The notes below the pieces were generated by a model. It saw only the letters and a list, made by a program, of their open reading frames with translations, was not told where the DNA came from and did no database searches. A stretch of DNA of 63,143 nucleotides, the filler included, from Dugesia japonica (Eukaryota): NCBI GenBank assembly GCA_001938525.1. It is 6 parts of 6 records of this genome, joined end to end, with 100 filler letters (N's around TTAATTAATTAA, not from the genome) between each part and the next. Parts side by side here need not be neighbours in the genome. Positions count along the whole stretch, not along the records: positions 41,376 to 50,483 come from MQRL01580565.1; positions 50,584 to 63,143 come from MQRL01642745.1; 4 more parts are not named here. The stretch is one strand, 5' to 3'. Within the stretch, counting starts at the first letter, position 1; each line of letters starts with the position of its first letter. Both the position numbers and the translations under genes were made by a program. Below, one piece after another: positions 47,996-61,100 of this stretch.

Positions 47996-49114
47996 ATTAA
48001 TTTTTTTAAAATGTAGCGTTAAATGTGTTTTTGAATCTTCAGCAAAGTTGACTAGTTTTCCACTATCATCACGTATATTGATTTCTATATTGTTTATATA
48101 TGATGAAGAAATAGGTAAATACATTGAATGATCAACAATTATTGGAACTACCTCATTATTCTCGTGTTGTTCTATCCATACCGCTTTCAATAAAGGAATA
48201 TTAACATCTCTTACAATTATAGGTCAACAATACGACAATAGATGAACATTTCATTAGAACACTTTAATATATATATATATAAGGTATATTCTAGGTTTCT
48301 TATTACTTTTATATAGTAGTTGTTTATCATTAAATTGTATTCGAGTATATTGCAATTCATTTATTCCTAATGTTTTTGTTAAGATTTTATCGAATTTAAC
48401 ACTTTTAGTTCTATTTGCTAATGTAAATTCAAATATTTCATCTTGCTTTAATAAAACAGTTTTAAATAACTTTGGAAGGTGTTTCTTAAAATAGTCATTT
48501 GGTTGATTTAAATCCATTAAATATAATTCAAATTCAAATTGAAAAGAATGTTTAGTTACAATTGGATAATAATATTTACTTTTTATTTTTTCAATGGATT
48601 CATCGTTTTTAAAGTGTTGAAAGCCAAGAGAAAAGGTTTTATCTCCAAAATGTTTACTAGCATCAAAAAATAATTTAATATCCGTACTTTCATATTCACC
48701 ACTAAAATATGAAAATCTCTTTATAGTATCCTGATTTTCAAATAATAAACTGTGGTATGTAATATCACTAGTAAAGACTAAAACATTTTCTTTCGATAAT
48801 TGTANNNNNNNNNNNNNNNNNNNNNNNNNNNNNNNNNNNNNNNNNNNNNNNNNNNNNNNNNNNNNNNNTTTATTGTTAACATCAAGTATTAGTTTCTTCT
48901 CAATTATTGTAAATAATTCATAATCAATCCTAGATTGACTGTAAATTGACATGGCTGCATATACTAAGGTGAAATCCATCAAGGCTACTTCACAACTACC
49001 ATTCATGTAAATTGGGTTTTGAAGCTCAACAATGTAATTACTAGGAGTATTATTTAGATGAACTAGGAGACGACTATTACTTGGTAAAAGTGTATAGACA
49101 TTATTTGATTTCAT
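47996..49114 (-). pseudogene. Polinton minor capsid (penton), decayed
   Basis: N-terminus YTLLPSNS...NTPSNYIVELQNPIYMNGSCEVALMDF. C-terminus MYLPISSSYINNIEINIRDDSGKLVNF..THLTLHFKK. Confidence 0.85.
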
Positions 49115-49139
49115 CTGAATTTTGTCTTGTTATTTTATT

Positions 49140-49450
49140 TGTGTTGCTACTATTCAAATTGGTTTTCCTATTCATATCATTTTACATAATATTGTTTATT
49201 CTTTCAGGTCCCTTTGATTAAAATGAAACAGCTCTAATAAATCTAATGAATACAACGATAAAAGAAAAAATATACTTGTAAAATTTATTAATTATTTCAA
49301 TTANNNNNNNNNNNNNNNNNNCATCAATACCATAGGCTTTATATGATCTTGTTGGAAATCTTTTCAACATTGGTTTGTTTAGACTGTACACTAGATGAAC
49401 AGATAACCACTTTTTTGTGTTTCTTTTCGTTTTTTGATCTGCTTTCATTA
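49140..49450 (-). pseudogene. Polinton retroviral-type integrase remnant, core mostly deleted
   Basis: NKPMLKRFPTRSYKAYGID (HKP..K.FPRR....GID motif), closely followed by the chromodomain-like KQYYVK* end. Confidence 0.65.
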
Positions 49451-50229
49451 ATTTTTCTACACCTCGAAAACCTGCTGGGTTTTTTGGATTTGTCTATATT
49501 GACTTCTTTTTTGTCTCCATTAAAATAATTCGATGCAAATTTCATGTCAAAATTAGGTAAGGATTGCAATCCACCCATTGTTCATTTGAGTTAAATCTAT
49601 TGTAATTATTATTCTTTAAGTCGACTATTGTTTATTTGGAATGAGTTTAGCCTAATGCAACTAATGCAATTGGTAACAATGCAATTATAAAACCATCACT
49701 TTAATTGTTCATTACTCGTCTAATTGATTTTCTATTTTTTGTGTTTACAAGAGTGAATAAAGTTTTTTATGTTTTTTCAATGTTTTCTTTTTGGCTTCAC
49801 TCAAATCTATTTTACCAAGAACAATATTTATGATAATTTCGAGTAAATCATCTTTAACATATGGCGGGATGATTGTAAAATTCTCATTCTAAAAGGTTTT
49901 GATAATTTAATCAAAAAATGGAATGATTATTTTTAATTTCGTGTTTATTTATTAAAATAATACATACAATTTATTTGTTTATAATCGTTTTTCTGTTCAT
50001 TATTCGCAGCTTCTTTCCACTCCTTTTTACAAGTTTTTTAAACATATTCCTTTTATTTACTTGTTGCATTTTATTTACATGATGTTTCTTATGCGATGGT
50101 TTCTTCTTTTTTCCATACCTTTTCTTCTCAAAAGATATTTTTTGACGTTTAACAGAACCATCAGTTACTTGATCAACTACAAATTTCTTTAATTTTATCA
50201 TTCTTTGAAATAATATGAAAACGTAGCTA

Positions 50230-50483
50230 TTTTTTTATATATATTGCTATACCATTAGGGTTGAATATATCTGTTCTCCTCCTATAATCATCTGGACATT
50301 GTTGTGTAAAATCAAGAAATAGATATCCATGTGGTTTTTCTGTGGCATCTTAAAATTATTCAATAAGAAATGGTCTGTTATTTGGATATGCTTGTCTTGC
50401 TAGAAAATAAAAAACAGTTTGAACTCTAGGATTTTTGAATAAAACCAAATATTGCACGTTTAAATTACGGGTTCTATGACTAC
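50230..50483 (-). pseudogene. Polinton packaging ATPase (A32/FtsK-like), C-terminal part
   Basis: RTRNLNVQYLVLFKNPR..LARQAYP...DATEKPHGYLFLDFTQQCPDDYRRRTDIF. Confidence 0.88.
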
Positions 50484-50583
50484 NNNNNNNNNNNNNNNNN
50501 NNNNNNNNNNNNNNNNNNNNNNNNNNNTTAATTAATTAANNNNNNNNNNNNNNNNNNNNNNNNNNNNNNNNNNNNNNNNNNNN

Positions 50584-50940
50584 CCATTCTTAGATGTCCT
50601 TGTTTGTAGACAGGGTTGCAACTATAATACTTCACTTTATAAAAAATCAACAGACACAAAACTTTATACCAATCCTAAAGGTTTTTGTGATGATCGATAT
50701 AAGAATGGATTAATAAAATGTTTGGTTCATCGAGCTTTGAGATTTCTGATGATGGTCTTAACAAATTAGATAGTAGTCATCGAGCTAATGTAAATAATCT
50801 AAAAATGATTTACAATAATATAAGGAGTACTCTAAACAAACTGTGCTCAACATCAAATATAGACCAAGAAGAAAACATTAAAAATAATTAAGAAAAAATA
50901 ATTATAAAACTATCATTCTCGGATAACAATCTTTAGTATA
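50584..50940 (+). mobile_element. Penelope-like retroelement RT C-terminal fragment
   Basis: PFLDVLVCR....TSLYKKSTDTKLY...YKNGLIKCLVHRA matches the PLE FLDV / VYRKPT / KSLVHRA thumb region. Confidence 0.8.
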
Positions 50941-52599
50941 ACAATTATTTTTTATTACCTATTTTGATTTCGCGTTTTTCTTAATTATTTCGTTCAATGC
51001 ATGATTGGTCTTTGCGCTGGACATTTCTGATCTCGGTGAAATCGATCTGATTTCGTAAAATTCCATATTTTCACTATGATTTTCATTATTATATCTGATC
51101 TTTCTATATTTCTTGTTCTGCAGAATTGATTTAAATGGCCAAATCTAATATCTTTAATTTGGATATTTCTATCCCGACTTTCATTATTAGTCCTTGTGTT
51201 ATTCACTCCAGATCTATTTCTTCCGTTTTTATATCTCTAGATAGCCTGGCTATCATTTGCTCCAATTCAGTCATCTTTCTGTTTTGGTGAACGCACTTTA
51301 TCTGATAAGTCATGTTGTGTTTTAATTTGTCTCATATTTTCCTTACTTTTGTTTTTTCATTCAATCTTTTGAGTTGATTTAACTTTCNNNNNNNNNNNNN
51401 NNNNNNNNNNNNNNNNNNNNNNNNNNNNNNNNNNNNNNNNNATCTTTGATTTGCTTTCCTGAACATTATCTTCTTTAGATTTAATAAATGTTTCATCTTC
51501 AACTTTCATGCGTTTATTGATTTATGCGAATAGTTCATTAAGAGTCTTTTGGTCATTGTCACTGATTTCAGATATGGATAAGTCATAAACACAAGGTTTT
51601 ACTTTTACAGGATTTAAAAGTATAATTGATTGTTTTTTAAAGAAAACTATCTTATGCATGAAGTAATTTCTTAGTTTTTCACACTCGAATACTAGTGTAG
51701 AAGAATTTTACTTGGTTAGAGTTTCAATCATCTTCATTTTGAAATAATGAATAATGAATTTAAGATTCTGTTTATATAGGTTTTAGACCAGGTGTGTGTT
51801 AATTAAATACATTGATACGTTTAAACATTTGAATCTAGAACATTCTTATTGAAATTGTTTAAAAATTAAATTATTTTAAATTTAATTTAATTAATTTGAA
51901 TTATAATAGATTAAGTGTTGGTTTTTTCTATATAACTTTTTATGTATAAGGTTTGTTGATTTTTAACCGTTTTATTCTTACTAACCGTAAAATTTCCTGT
52001 CGAATAGTATCATTGTCGATAATTTTATAGGTACTTTTGGTATTTTCGAAAAATGTTACTTAATCCGGAAGCATTTTTCCCGAAACGATATTTTAACTTT
52101 GAACAGTCACCTTTTCCTCCTGAGTAAAATTATACCAAATTTGAAACCAAGCGAGTTTTGTACGCAGAGAAAATTGAGCACTAAATTCTAAATTTGGGAT
52201 TTTTTTCACCTCAAAACCTCATATATATCATCGAGTATTAACTTTGGCGATTTTAGGTTAACATATTTGGAATCAGCCAAACATTTTCTATCGAATAGAC
52301 ACTTTCTTAATTTAAGAAGGAAAATATTTTCGAGAAATTTTTATTTGTGAAAAATGATCGCCGTAAAATTCTTAGCAGTTTGGTATAAAAATATTTGAAG
52401 TCGGAGATATTGAACATATTTTTTCAAAATTTAAGACTGTTCACCCAGATTCCCATAAAAAATTCATTTAAAAAATTTTAAATTTTCATATGATTTAAAC
52501 AACATGAACGGATTGCCTGAATTCCTATGAAAAAAATTTTTAAAAACTTGAAAATTTAAACAAATTCCACTTTTTCTACGAATTTCCTTAAAATTCAAC

Positions 52600-53568
52600 C
52601 CAAACTGACCATTCCAGAGAAAGAAATCGACCGCAATTATCAATTTCTGAAGAAATAATTTACCAAATTAACCTAAAACCCACCAAGTCTACCAAGATTC
52701 AACCTCACCGAGAAATTTTCAACGAATTTCACCTAAACCACCCAAAAATTACCAATCCAGAGAAAATAATGGACCATATTCACCTAAACTGACAAAAAAT
52801 CGACATTATTTGACCTCATCGAGCAAATTTTGGACAAAAACCACCGAAAACCAAACAAATGTCGACCTCACAGAGTAAATTCCGAACCAAATCGCTCCAA
52901 AATTACTTACATCCTACCAAGTGTGTCCAAACTGACTAATCCCGAGAAAATAATTGACCGAATCGTCCAAAAATTGAGCTAAATTCACCTGAACCAAATT
53001 AAAAATTGCTCTCATTCGACCTCGCCAAGGAAAATTTCAACCAATTTCATCTAAATCACTTAAAGATTACCAATCCCGAACAAAAATTTGACAAAAACGC
53101 CCAAAGGTTACTCAAACTAATCAATCCCGAGGAAAAAATTGACCAAATTAATCTGAACCAACCTAAAATCGACCAAGGAAACTTTGGACAAAAACAACCT
53201 AAAATCAATCAAAAATTGACCTCATTCGGTTTCAAAAAATAAATTCCCAACTAAAAAGTCTAAAAATATTACCGCTTAAAAGCCTAAAAATTTTTCCCAA
53301 CTAAATACACTGAAAAAATAGCCTCTCTTAATCCTTTTACATAAAATTTCACCGAAAAAATTAATCTCATGACATAATTTGTGTGCAAAAAATTTTCCCA
53401 ACTAAATACACAGGGAAAAGGCAGCCTCTCTGACATAATATTACCTAATGATGCAATTTATGATTTCATTTTTAAATTCCCAACTAAATGCATTAGAATT
53501 AAATTTCATTACGTCACGATGGGGGTTACTGAATGTGTGCAGAGGCCGTGCCCCACTATCCCTCTACT
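52600..53568 (-). mobile_element. Polinton-like terminus with subterminal degenerate repeats
   Basis: The minus strand from 53568 reads AGTAGAGGGATAGTGG, 15/16 identical to the 44663 terminus. TTCCCAACTAAA occurs four times in 53244-53488, with loose C/A-rich repeats further inward. Confidence 0.55.
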
Positions 53569-56500
53569 AGCGTGCCTTTCTTTCGACATATTAAACACCT
53601 ATTCTTTTAAGAATAGTTTAATCTTTTAAATACAACCTCAACCTGGCTCTCTTCAGTCACCCTCTGTTATTTGGCGTTCATAGTTAATTCTTTTTCCGGT
53701 AGTATGTATAACCAATTTGATTTCCTTTCTCCTAAAGTGAAGTATTAATTAAATTTCGAATTGTACTTGTTACATATAATACTTAAATATATTTATTTAA
53801 ATATTATTGATTTTTTAAGGTTAAAGACATATTACCAGAAAAAGAATTTACTATGAACACAACAAAAAGAGGACAACTGTACATAGCCTGGCTGAGGTGG
53901 TATTTAGAAAGAAAATTATCAGAGAAAAATGGTACAAGTCAGATGTTTAAGGGAAAACTAAAGAAGAAAATTCTTAAGTAACTACTAGTAGATAATTCAA
54001 AGTACGATATTATGTCCTCATCAAGGCAAAACCAAAATGTCAAAACATACTTTAAGGTAATTATTGAATAATAGAAAAAATTCACGAAAGACGGTATGCA
54101 GTACAAAGAGAAAATGGAAAAGGATTGTAGAAAAGTCTCGAAAACTTAGAAATTATCTTACAAAGGAAGATATAAGGAAATATATAAGTATAAAGAATAT
54201 TAACCTATAAAAATTATAAAAATTTATTATTAGAAGTATGAATTTTATCACAATGTTTATTTTATTATTTTTATTTGATTATTGTAAATTAAAAAATGTC
54301 TCAAATTATTAGTTCTAGTACCAAAAATAAAATTATCTTTGGAAGATAATGAGTAAGTACTAACATGAGTAAGTACTTTATTAATAAGACAATAATGATC
54401 AATAATTTTATTTTTTCCGTCTTTATTCATTATCATCAGTCTTGCGACATATTCATATCTTCATGCTTCATCCTTAATTCATGTATTATAATTTAATGTG
54501 CTATTATGTATTGAAAAAACACTATTTAATGTTTCATTATTTACCACTTTAAAATTTAAATCTTTTTTAGTGTCAATAAATCGAGAATTTGTTGCTTTAG
54601 CGGCAATTATTGATTTAAATTTATTATTTGGGTTCCTAGCTTCACCCATTTATTATTTTAATCCACACTTAAATTGGTGACCAGACATACGCACACACGA
54701 AAAAAAGCCCACACGGAAATAACCCCGCATTTTGGTATTTATCAGACATATTTATTATTTTTTGTAGTCAATTTGTTGACATGAATTCGAGATTATTACG
54801 AACCCGAGTCAACAGTTGCATGAGTTTTTTAGTTATGTTAGATTTTAAGATAATCCAAGAATAAATATAGTAGACTGATATGAATTTCTTATGTAATCTT
54901 AATATCGTTATTATACATGAATAATATAAATCTAAATACACTACATAGTCAAATATTTAATAAAAGATAAAACTGTTTACTTTTTAAAGAAACTTTTATT
55001 ACTAACTAAAATTATTACAACTAATTCGNNGTATTATTTTGATCTAGGAAGTGTTAGTTCTGATAAATTTCGACTTCACTTGAGATATACAAAAATGAGA
55101 GGGTGAAGAAATGACAATAACATACACTATTGAAAAATAAAAAGATCAATTCATGAAAACTTCACCCACGTTGATAAAATTTTTGTTATTAAATATAAAA
55201 ATCAATAAAATTTTACATACTTTTGTTAATTTGTAAAAATCCACGCGTTTTATAAAATCAATATTTATGAAATCAACATGTATTGGAAATCCAACGCGTT
55301 TATAAGCTAGAAGTGTATTATTTAATGCATAAATTAATACATAAAATAATTTTGTACGTAAAAATAAATAACATAATTTTGTACATAATAAAAATAATGT
55401 TCAATTAAAATAAAATTTTTGAATTATATATTATTGGTTGATCTGCCGCTCACAGGGGTTAGTCATGGATTGAATTGGCTGATTGGGAATTTTCTGATTC
55501 TGAGTGTTGTATTTGAGAGTTTGAATTGTTTCGTGATGTGTTTTTATGTTTGCTGTATTGTATTTGTGAATTTAATGTTTCCCAACAAATTTTTCATTGA
55601 GTATGTATTACTTATCATTATTTTTTTCATGTAAATATTGTTTTTTACTATTAGTTATTATTAATTTAAATGTTTTCGTACTTTATTTCCATTATAAATT
55701 TAATTTATTATTTTTTAATTTAACTCTAAATGAAATTTTAAGATATGAAAATTTATTTACAAAAGACATTCTACGAAAAAGTAATTAATTTTTGTACTCA
55801 ATATAAAAACAATAAATTAACACAAATATAATCAACCCCATAAAATAAGAAGAAATTGAGATTAAAATAATAAATGTCCGAAAAATTTTCTTTTGCATTT
55901 TTAATCATGCAAAGAAATTTAAACATATTATTGTCCACAACCTATGTTACTTTGCATTTTGCTGTCATTTGATTTAAATTCAATTAAATTAGCATATATA
56001 CTTTATATTTTTTATACATTCTTTCTTGTTCATATAAACTCTTAATACTGCTTCGAGTTTTTATTGAATTATTGCATGTAACAATCAATTTCAAGAAATG
56101 TTGATCATTCTCAGTGGCTGATATAACATCTCTAGGATGTGCATATCTAATTGATTTTTTTTCTTTGGATAAAGTATTAAGTAAGTATTTTTGCATTGTC
56201 AAAAACATTCTGTAGTGTTTTGGATAGCTTATTTGTTAATTATTGAAACTTTAATAACCATTCTCAGTAATACACATAGATGGTTTATCACGAAATCGAG
56301 CACATTTTCAACAATTTCAAATGCTTGAGAGGATTTGGGACATTTTTATGTTTATCGTTTTCTTATGTTTATTGTCTTCTAGAGTATCTACTTTTTGCCA
56401 CACAAAATAACTTGTTCTACTTCATCAATTATCAACATAAATTTATTGCATTAATTTAAATGACTTCAATGCGCTCTCAACAAATTTGTCTTGAAATTTA

Positions 56501-56970
56501 TTTAATTCCATTCGCTATATCTTTAAACTTTCATATTATTCGAAGTTGTTTACCAACTGAAACGTTAAAAGCTTTAAAATGCATGTTCTAATACAAAGAT
56601 ATGCCAAAGAAACCTGAAATATTGCGCCAGTCCTAAAATTTTATTTGCATAGTATATAGTGATGGAATACGACCATTTGAAGTTCCTAAGCTCAAGCAAA
56701 AGGGAGAGAAAAAAGAACGTTAGGAATTATAAATGTTATAGAAAACGAAAAATTTTGCTAGTTTTCACAGAATTTGTCTTTATCACAGTGAAATATTCCA
56801 TATATTACCTGATTATCGGAGAAAAATGTTTCCGACATATTATCATTGCATATATCAAACGACAAAATCATCTTTTGTGTTCCTCATTAATTGGAAGAGT
56901 CCATCCGTTATCATAATTTTACAATGAGTATCAAACAAAATCATTTTTGGGAAAATCATCCGCATATCTC

Positions 56971-57789
56971 GACTCCTTTGTCAGATAATACTTATAATAA
57001 CGTTATATTTTATCAATTAATGCTGTATTCTATAAGCAGAAGCACTCGATGACATTTTAACATTTGAATCAATAACACTAAGTTTATCCATAAGAATTTA
57101 TAGATTTAATTTACTAGGTAACAATATCTGTCTACTGGTTGAGATTGCTGTTCGACGGTACTTACTGTTTGTGATAGTGACTCCATAATCGACAAGACTA
57201 CGTTGCTTAGAGGACAGTCTATATGTGTTATCACCTTAACCATTAGTTGTCATTTCTTCAACGCCTGGTAACCTTATTCTCTTTCGACTATCGTGTTCAA
57301 AATGTAATTCAGGTTGTTCACTGCTACTTGAAAAGTCTGATAGTCCAGCTAATTGNNNNNNNNNNNNNNNNNNNNNNNNNNNNNNNNNNNNNNNNNNNNN
57401 NNNNNGACTTCTTTGTCAGATAATACTTATGATAACGTTATATTTTATCAATTAATGCTGTATTCTATAAGCAGAAGCAGTCGATGACATTTTAACATTT
57501 GAATCAATAACACTAAGTTTATCCATAAGAATTTATAAATTTAATTTACTAGGTAACAATATCTGTCTACTGGTTGAGATTGCTGTTCGACGGTAGTTAC
57601 TGTTTGTGATAGTGACCAATAATCGGCAAGACTACATTGCTTCGGGAACAGTCTATATGTGTTATCGCCTTAACCATTAGTTGTCATTTCTTCAACGCCT
57701 GGTAACCTTATTCCATTTCGACTATCGTGTTCAAAATGTAATTCAGGTTGTTCACTGCTACTTGAAAAGTCTGATAGTCCAGCTAATTG
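56971..57789. repeat. ~385-bp direct repeat flanking a 50-N gap
   Basis: 56971-57355 and 57406-57789 are near-identical with scattered substitutions. Confidence 0.9.
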
Positions 57790-58149
57790 CTACCCATGCC
57801 TTATTGCAAGTGAGAGATTGAGTGGTTGATTATTATTAATTTTTTCGATTGACGCCATCAGAAGAGCATTGTCATATTGTATTCGGTAATGGTTATTATT
57901 TAAACAAATTAATTTACCTGATTTTTCAATTTATATTAATTCAAAAAATTCATTTTTAAAAATATTTAAAATCAATGATTTTTTAAAGAAATCAATAAAA
58001 TTAAAATAATTTTATCGACAAAAATTTTTTTAAAAATCTTCAATAAATTAATTTAAATAACAAAAAAATTAAACATGTAATAAATAAATTTTAACAAAAT
58101 AAGTTAATAATAAAATGTAAACTCGAAAAACGCAAAAAAGAATTTTTTT

Positions 58150-61100
58150 TTAATTATCGGCAATCACATCCCCAAGCTTAACATTGTAGAATTTGGTTAG
58201 TAAACTCTCCAAATTCTCAATAAACCTATCGATTTCTGTTTTGGTTTGTCCAATGGCAGCGGCAGCATTCATGTAATCACATGTGGAATTCGAGGAATGA
58301 GATCCAAAACCAACGAATTCATAACCTTCAATTATGGTTTTCTTTGGGTTTGTTGCGGCACATTCAACAACTCTGAAGTAATGAAAAGGACATAAATTCC
58401 TATACTAAAGGGAGAGTATTTTAAAATTAATGTCCTGTTCGCAGTAGAAAACAAGAGTTGCTTTCAGTTTTCCTGTTGATAATATTAGACAAAAAAAGTA
58501 CTTTCTACAAATATTTCAATTTTTATTAAAACATCTTCGTTTGTCACGTTTTTGCCAGAAAGGAGAAAATTTTGTATTTCTTCACCAAAGATTTAATAAA
58601 TTAACGACAAAAATTTAAATATAATAAACGACTTTATTTAAAAATATTAAAGTTTTCAAAGATTCAATAAATTAAAAAAGCTTAGAATAAAGAGATAATT
58701 TTTTCGTAAAATTCTTGTTAGAAATCTAAATTTTCGACAGTAATCTTCTCCAGGGATTTACTTTTTGATTTATTAAAACGGTTTAGAAGAAATAAAAATA
58801 ATTTCAGAATTTATTTTATTTTATTGAATTTTAATTGATTAATTTATTTAATTATAAATTATAAAATTGATTTTAGATTTATGTATTTATTTGTATTTCT
58901 TTATGTTTCTTCTTGTTAAGTGTGAAAATGTAGTCTGCTACTATTATTTTCCATGTTATATTATGTTGTTCTGGTGAAATTTTATGTTTGTGTNNNNNNN
59001 NNNNNNNNNNNNNNNNNNNNNNNNNNNNNNNNNNNNNNNNNNNNNNNNNNNNNNNNNNNNNNNNNNNNNNTCCTATATTGATGTTTCTTTACATAAGGTG
59101 CATGTTATTTTATAAGTTACATATTTTATTTAATATTCTATCATCACAAATGCATTAAAAACCATAAAAGTTTTGTCTTGATTTCCGTAATTCGATGCAC
59201 AAATGTACTTGCGTTTTGAATATTATTCTTGGATTATGTTTGAGTTTTGATTTTTTTTTATTATATTATTGATATATATATTATATTATATATTAATATT
59301 TTGCATGATTTGGCTACATTTCTCATTAATAAAAGGTACTTTAATAACTGTGTTTGTTTTTGGTTTGATTTTATTAAATTTGGTATTCGAAGATAAATAT
59401 TTTGATATAATTTTATTTATTTTTAATCAACCTGAGAAAAGCCAATTTCATTTATTCGTTTGAAGATGTCTCTCAGCTCTAATTTTTTTATGATTATTTA
59501 AGTGTTCCAAAACAAATTCATTGAATCTCTGTTGAGACAAAGCTACCAATTTATTTGCTTTGTCTGTTGGTGTAATGATAATTGTAAGCAACAAAGTTGT
59601 AACACCCCTGAAACACCAATAAATACCAAACTATATTGCGCATTTAAATAAAATCAATAAATATGAACAAGGATGGCCAGAGCGATGATTGCAAATTATT
59701 TTCGGACAACCGCGGACCTATATTGTACTATTTATTTTTCAAACTACTCATGACTGCTCGACGTTCGAGCTCTTAAAATCCGCTAATTCTCTTCTTTTTC
59801 TTATCCTATCTCCCTTAAAGTCACCGCTCCTCACAGCAACTGTTTTTATAGTCCGTTTAATCATAGGATAAATAATTAATTATATAATTAACTATTCTAA
59901 AATATTTTATATCATTAATGATTAAAAATTTTAATTTAAATTATAAATCAATATTAATAATTAATTTAAATACTATTGATCATAGGATTAAAAATTAATT
60001 CTATAATCAACTATTCTAAATTATTTTCGTTTATTAATGATTTGAAATTTCAATTTCAATTATAAATCAATATTAATAATTTTAAATATTACTTCCAATC
60101 CAAAATTTTAGTCGAAATATTTAAGAAAACTTATATATGAGCCGCACCAAATTATTATTATCCGAAATTCAATTCCTGATGAAGACAAAGTCGAAAGATA
60201 GAATTTCTATCAAAAACCAAAAAAACAAATTTTGATCGAAGCTTTTATTTTAAATGAATCTGAATAAAGTATTATTTTTAACTATAAAATATGTCGCGGG
60301 TACTTATCTGGCAAATACAGTATTTGCTTAATTTTAATAAAGGGTATTATTGTTGTTGTAAGTGAAGATCTGAAGATTAAGATGAATTTTTAAAAAAACT
60401 TGTTTAAATTTTATTTTTGATAGTAGAAAAAATTTGAATTTGTAAAAACTTCATAAAAAAAGATTTGATAGAGTTTGTGGCGATTTATGCCTCACATGGT
60501 GGCAGCGGTAAACACAAACAAAAATACTGAACAATTAATGCCTAACATATTGCAAAAAGAAAAAGACATGTAACGATTTATCGAAAGATGCAAACTAAAC
60601 TTCGATGCTAAAGAATTTCTTCCAAAAAAACGAACAAGATTAGTTTTCTTTTTGATGAGATAGAAGATTATATCAAGACAGTGAAGAAAAAAGATGACTT
60701 TCGGTCACGGCTGAGATTAGCATTCGAAAAAGAAAACGATATCTTACACAGAATTATAGAATTTGATAAACTTGAAACGAAGAAATATGGAAATAGACGT
60801 ATATATTAAGATTATAGAATTTACGGAGGACAGAATATTTATTCATTATTATTCATTAAAGTATTGCTGTGGAGGTACAAAACAGAAAAATAAGAGGTAG
60901 TACTACGGAAGTAAGAGAGTCTAGAAGACATTAAAGAATTAATAGTTTAACTAGATCGAATAGAGAAGAAGAGAGAGTAAATAAAGTTGATACTTAGCTA
61001 CACGATAGTGAGTAGACAAAGGACGCGGAGACACTAAACAAACGGACGGAAGCAGAGAAAGACGGGATATTTAGTGCTGGATATTTAATATTACGGGTCA

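Larger units (their letters stand above)
44663..50483 (-). mobile_element. Decayed Polinton, second lineage: ATPase, small core-like ORF, integrase, minor capsid, PZ-like, major capsid, terminus
   Basis: Hallmark gene remnants in the usual invertebrate Polinton order. Terminus AGTAGTGGGATAGTGG at 44663. Confidence 0.88.

Noticed and set aside
18814-50483. The two Polinton pieces as complementary halves of one element (polB and protease in one; ATPase, integrase and MCP in the other)
   Set aside because: Each has its own dissimilar penton. The termini differ, the decay state differs sharply, and they are on separate contigs.
50950-51740. Minus-strand charged, coiled-coil-like decayed frame
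   Set aside because: No recognisable motif; it cannot be assigned to gag or to a Polinton accessory gene.
44663-53568. A single 8.9-kb element bounded by TIRs
   Set aside because: The match is only 16 bp, the flanks (ATATG versus AGCGTG) give no TSD, and a contig linker and a Penelope fragment lie between.
54677-54735. MULE-like TIR start (GGTGACCAGACATACGCACAC...)
   Set aside because: No inverted partner or TSD was found in the contig.
56952-56969. RYADDF reverse-transcriptase-like motif on the minus strand
   Set aside because: No other RT motifs are in register and a stop follows within a few codons. Likely chance.
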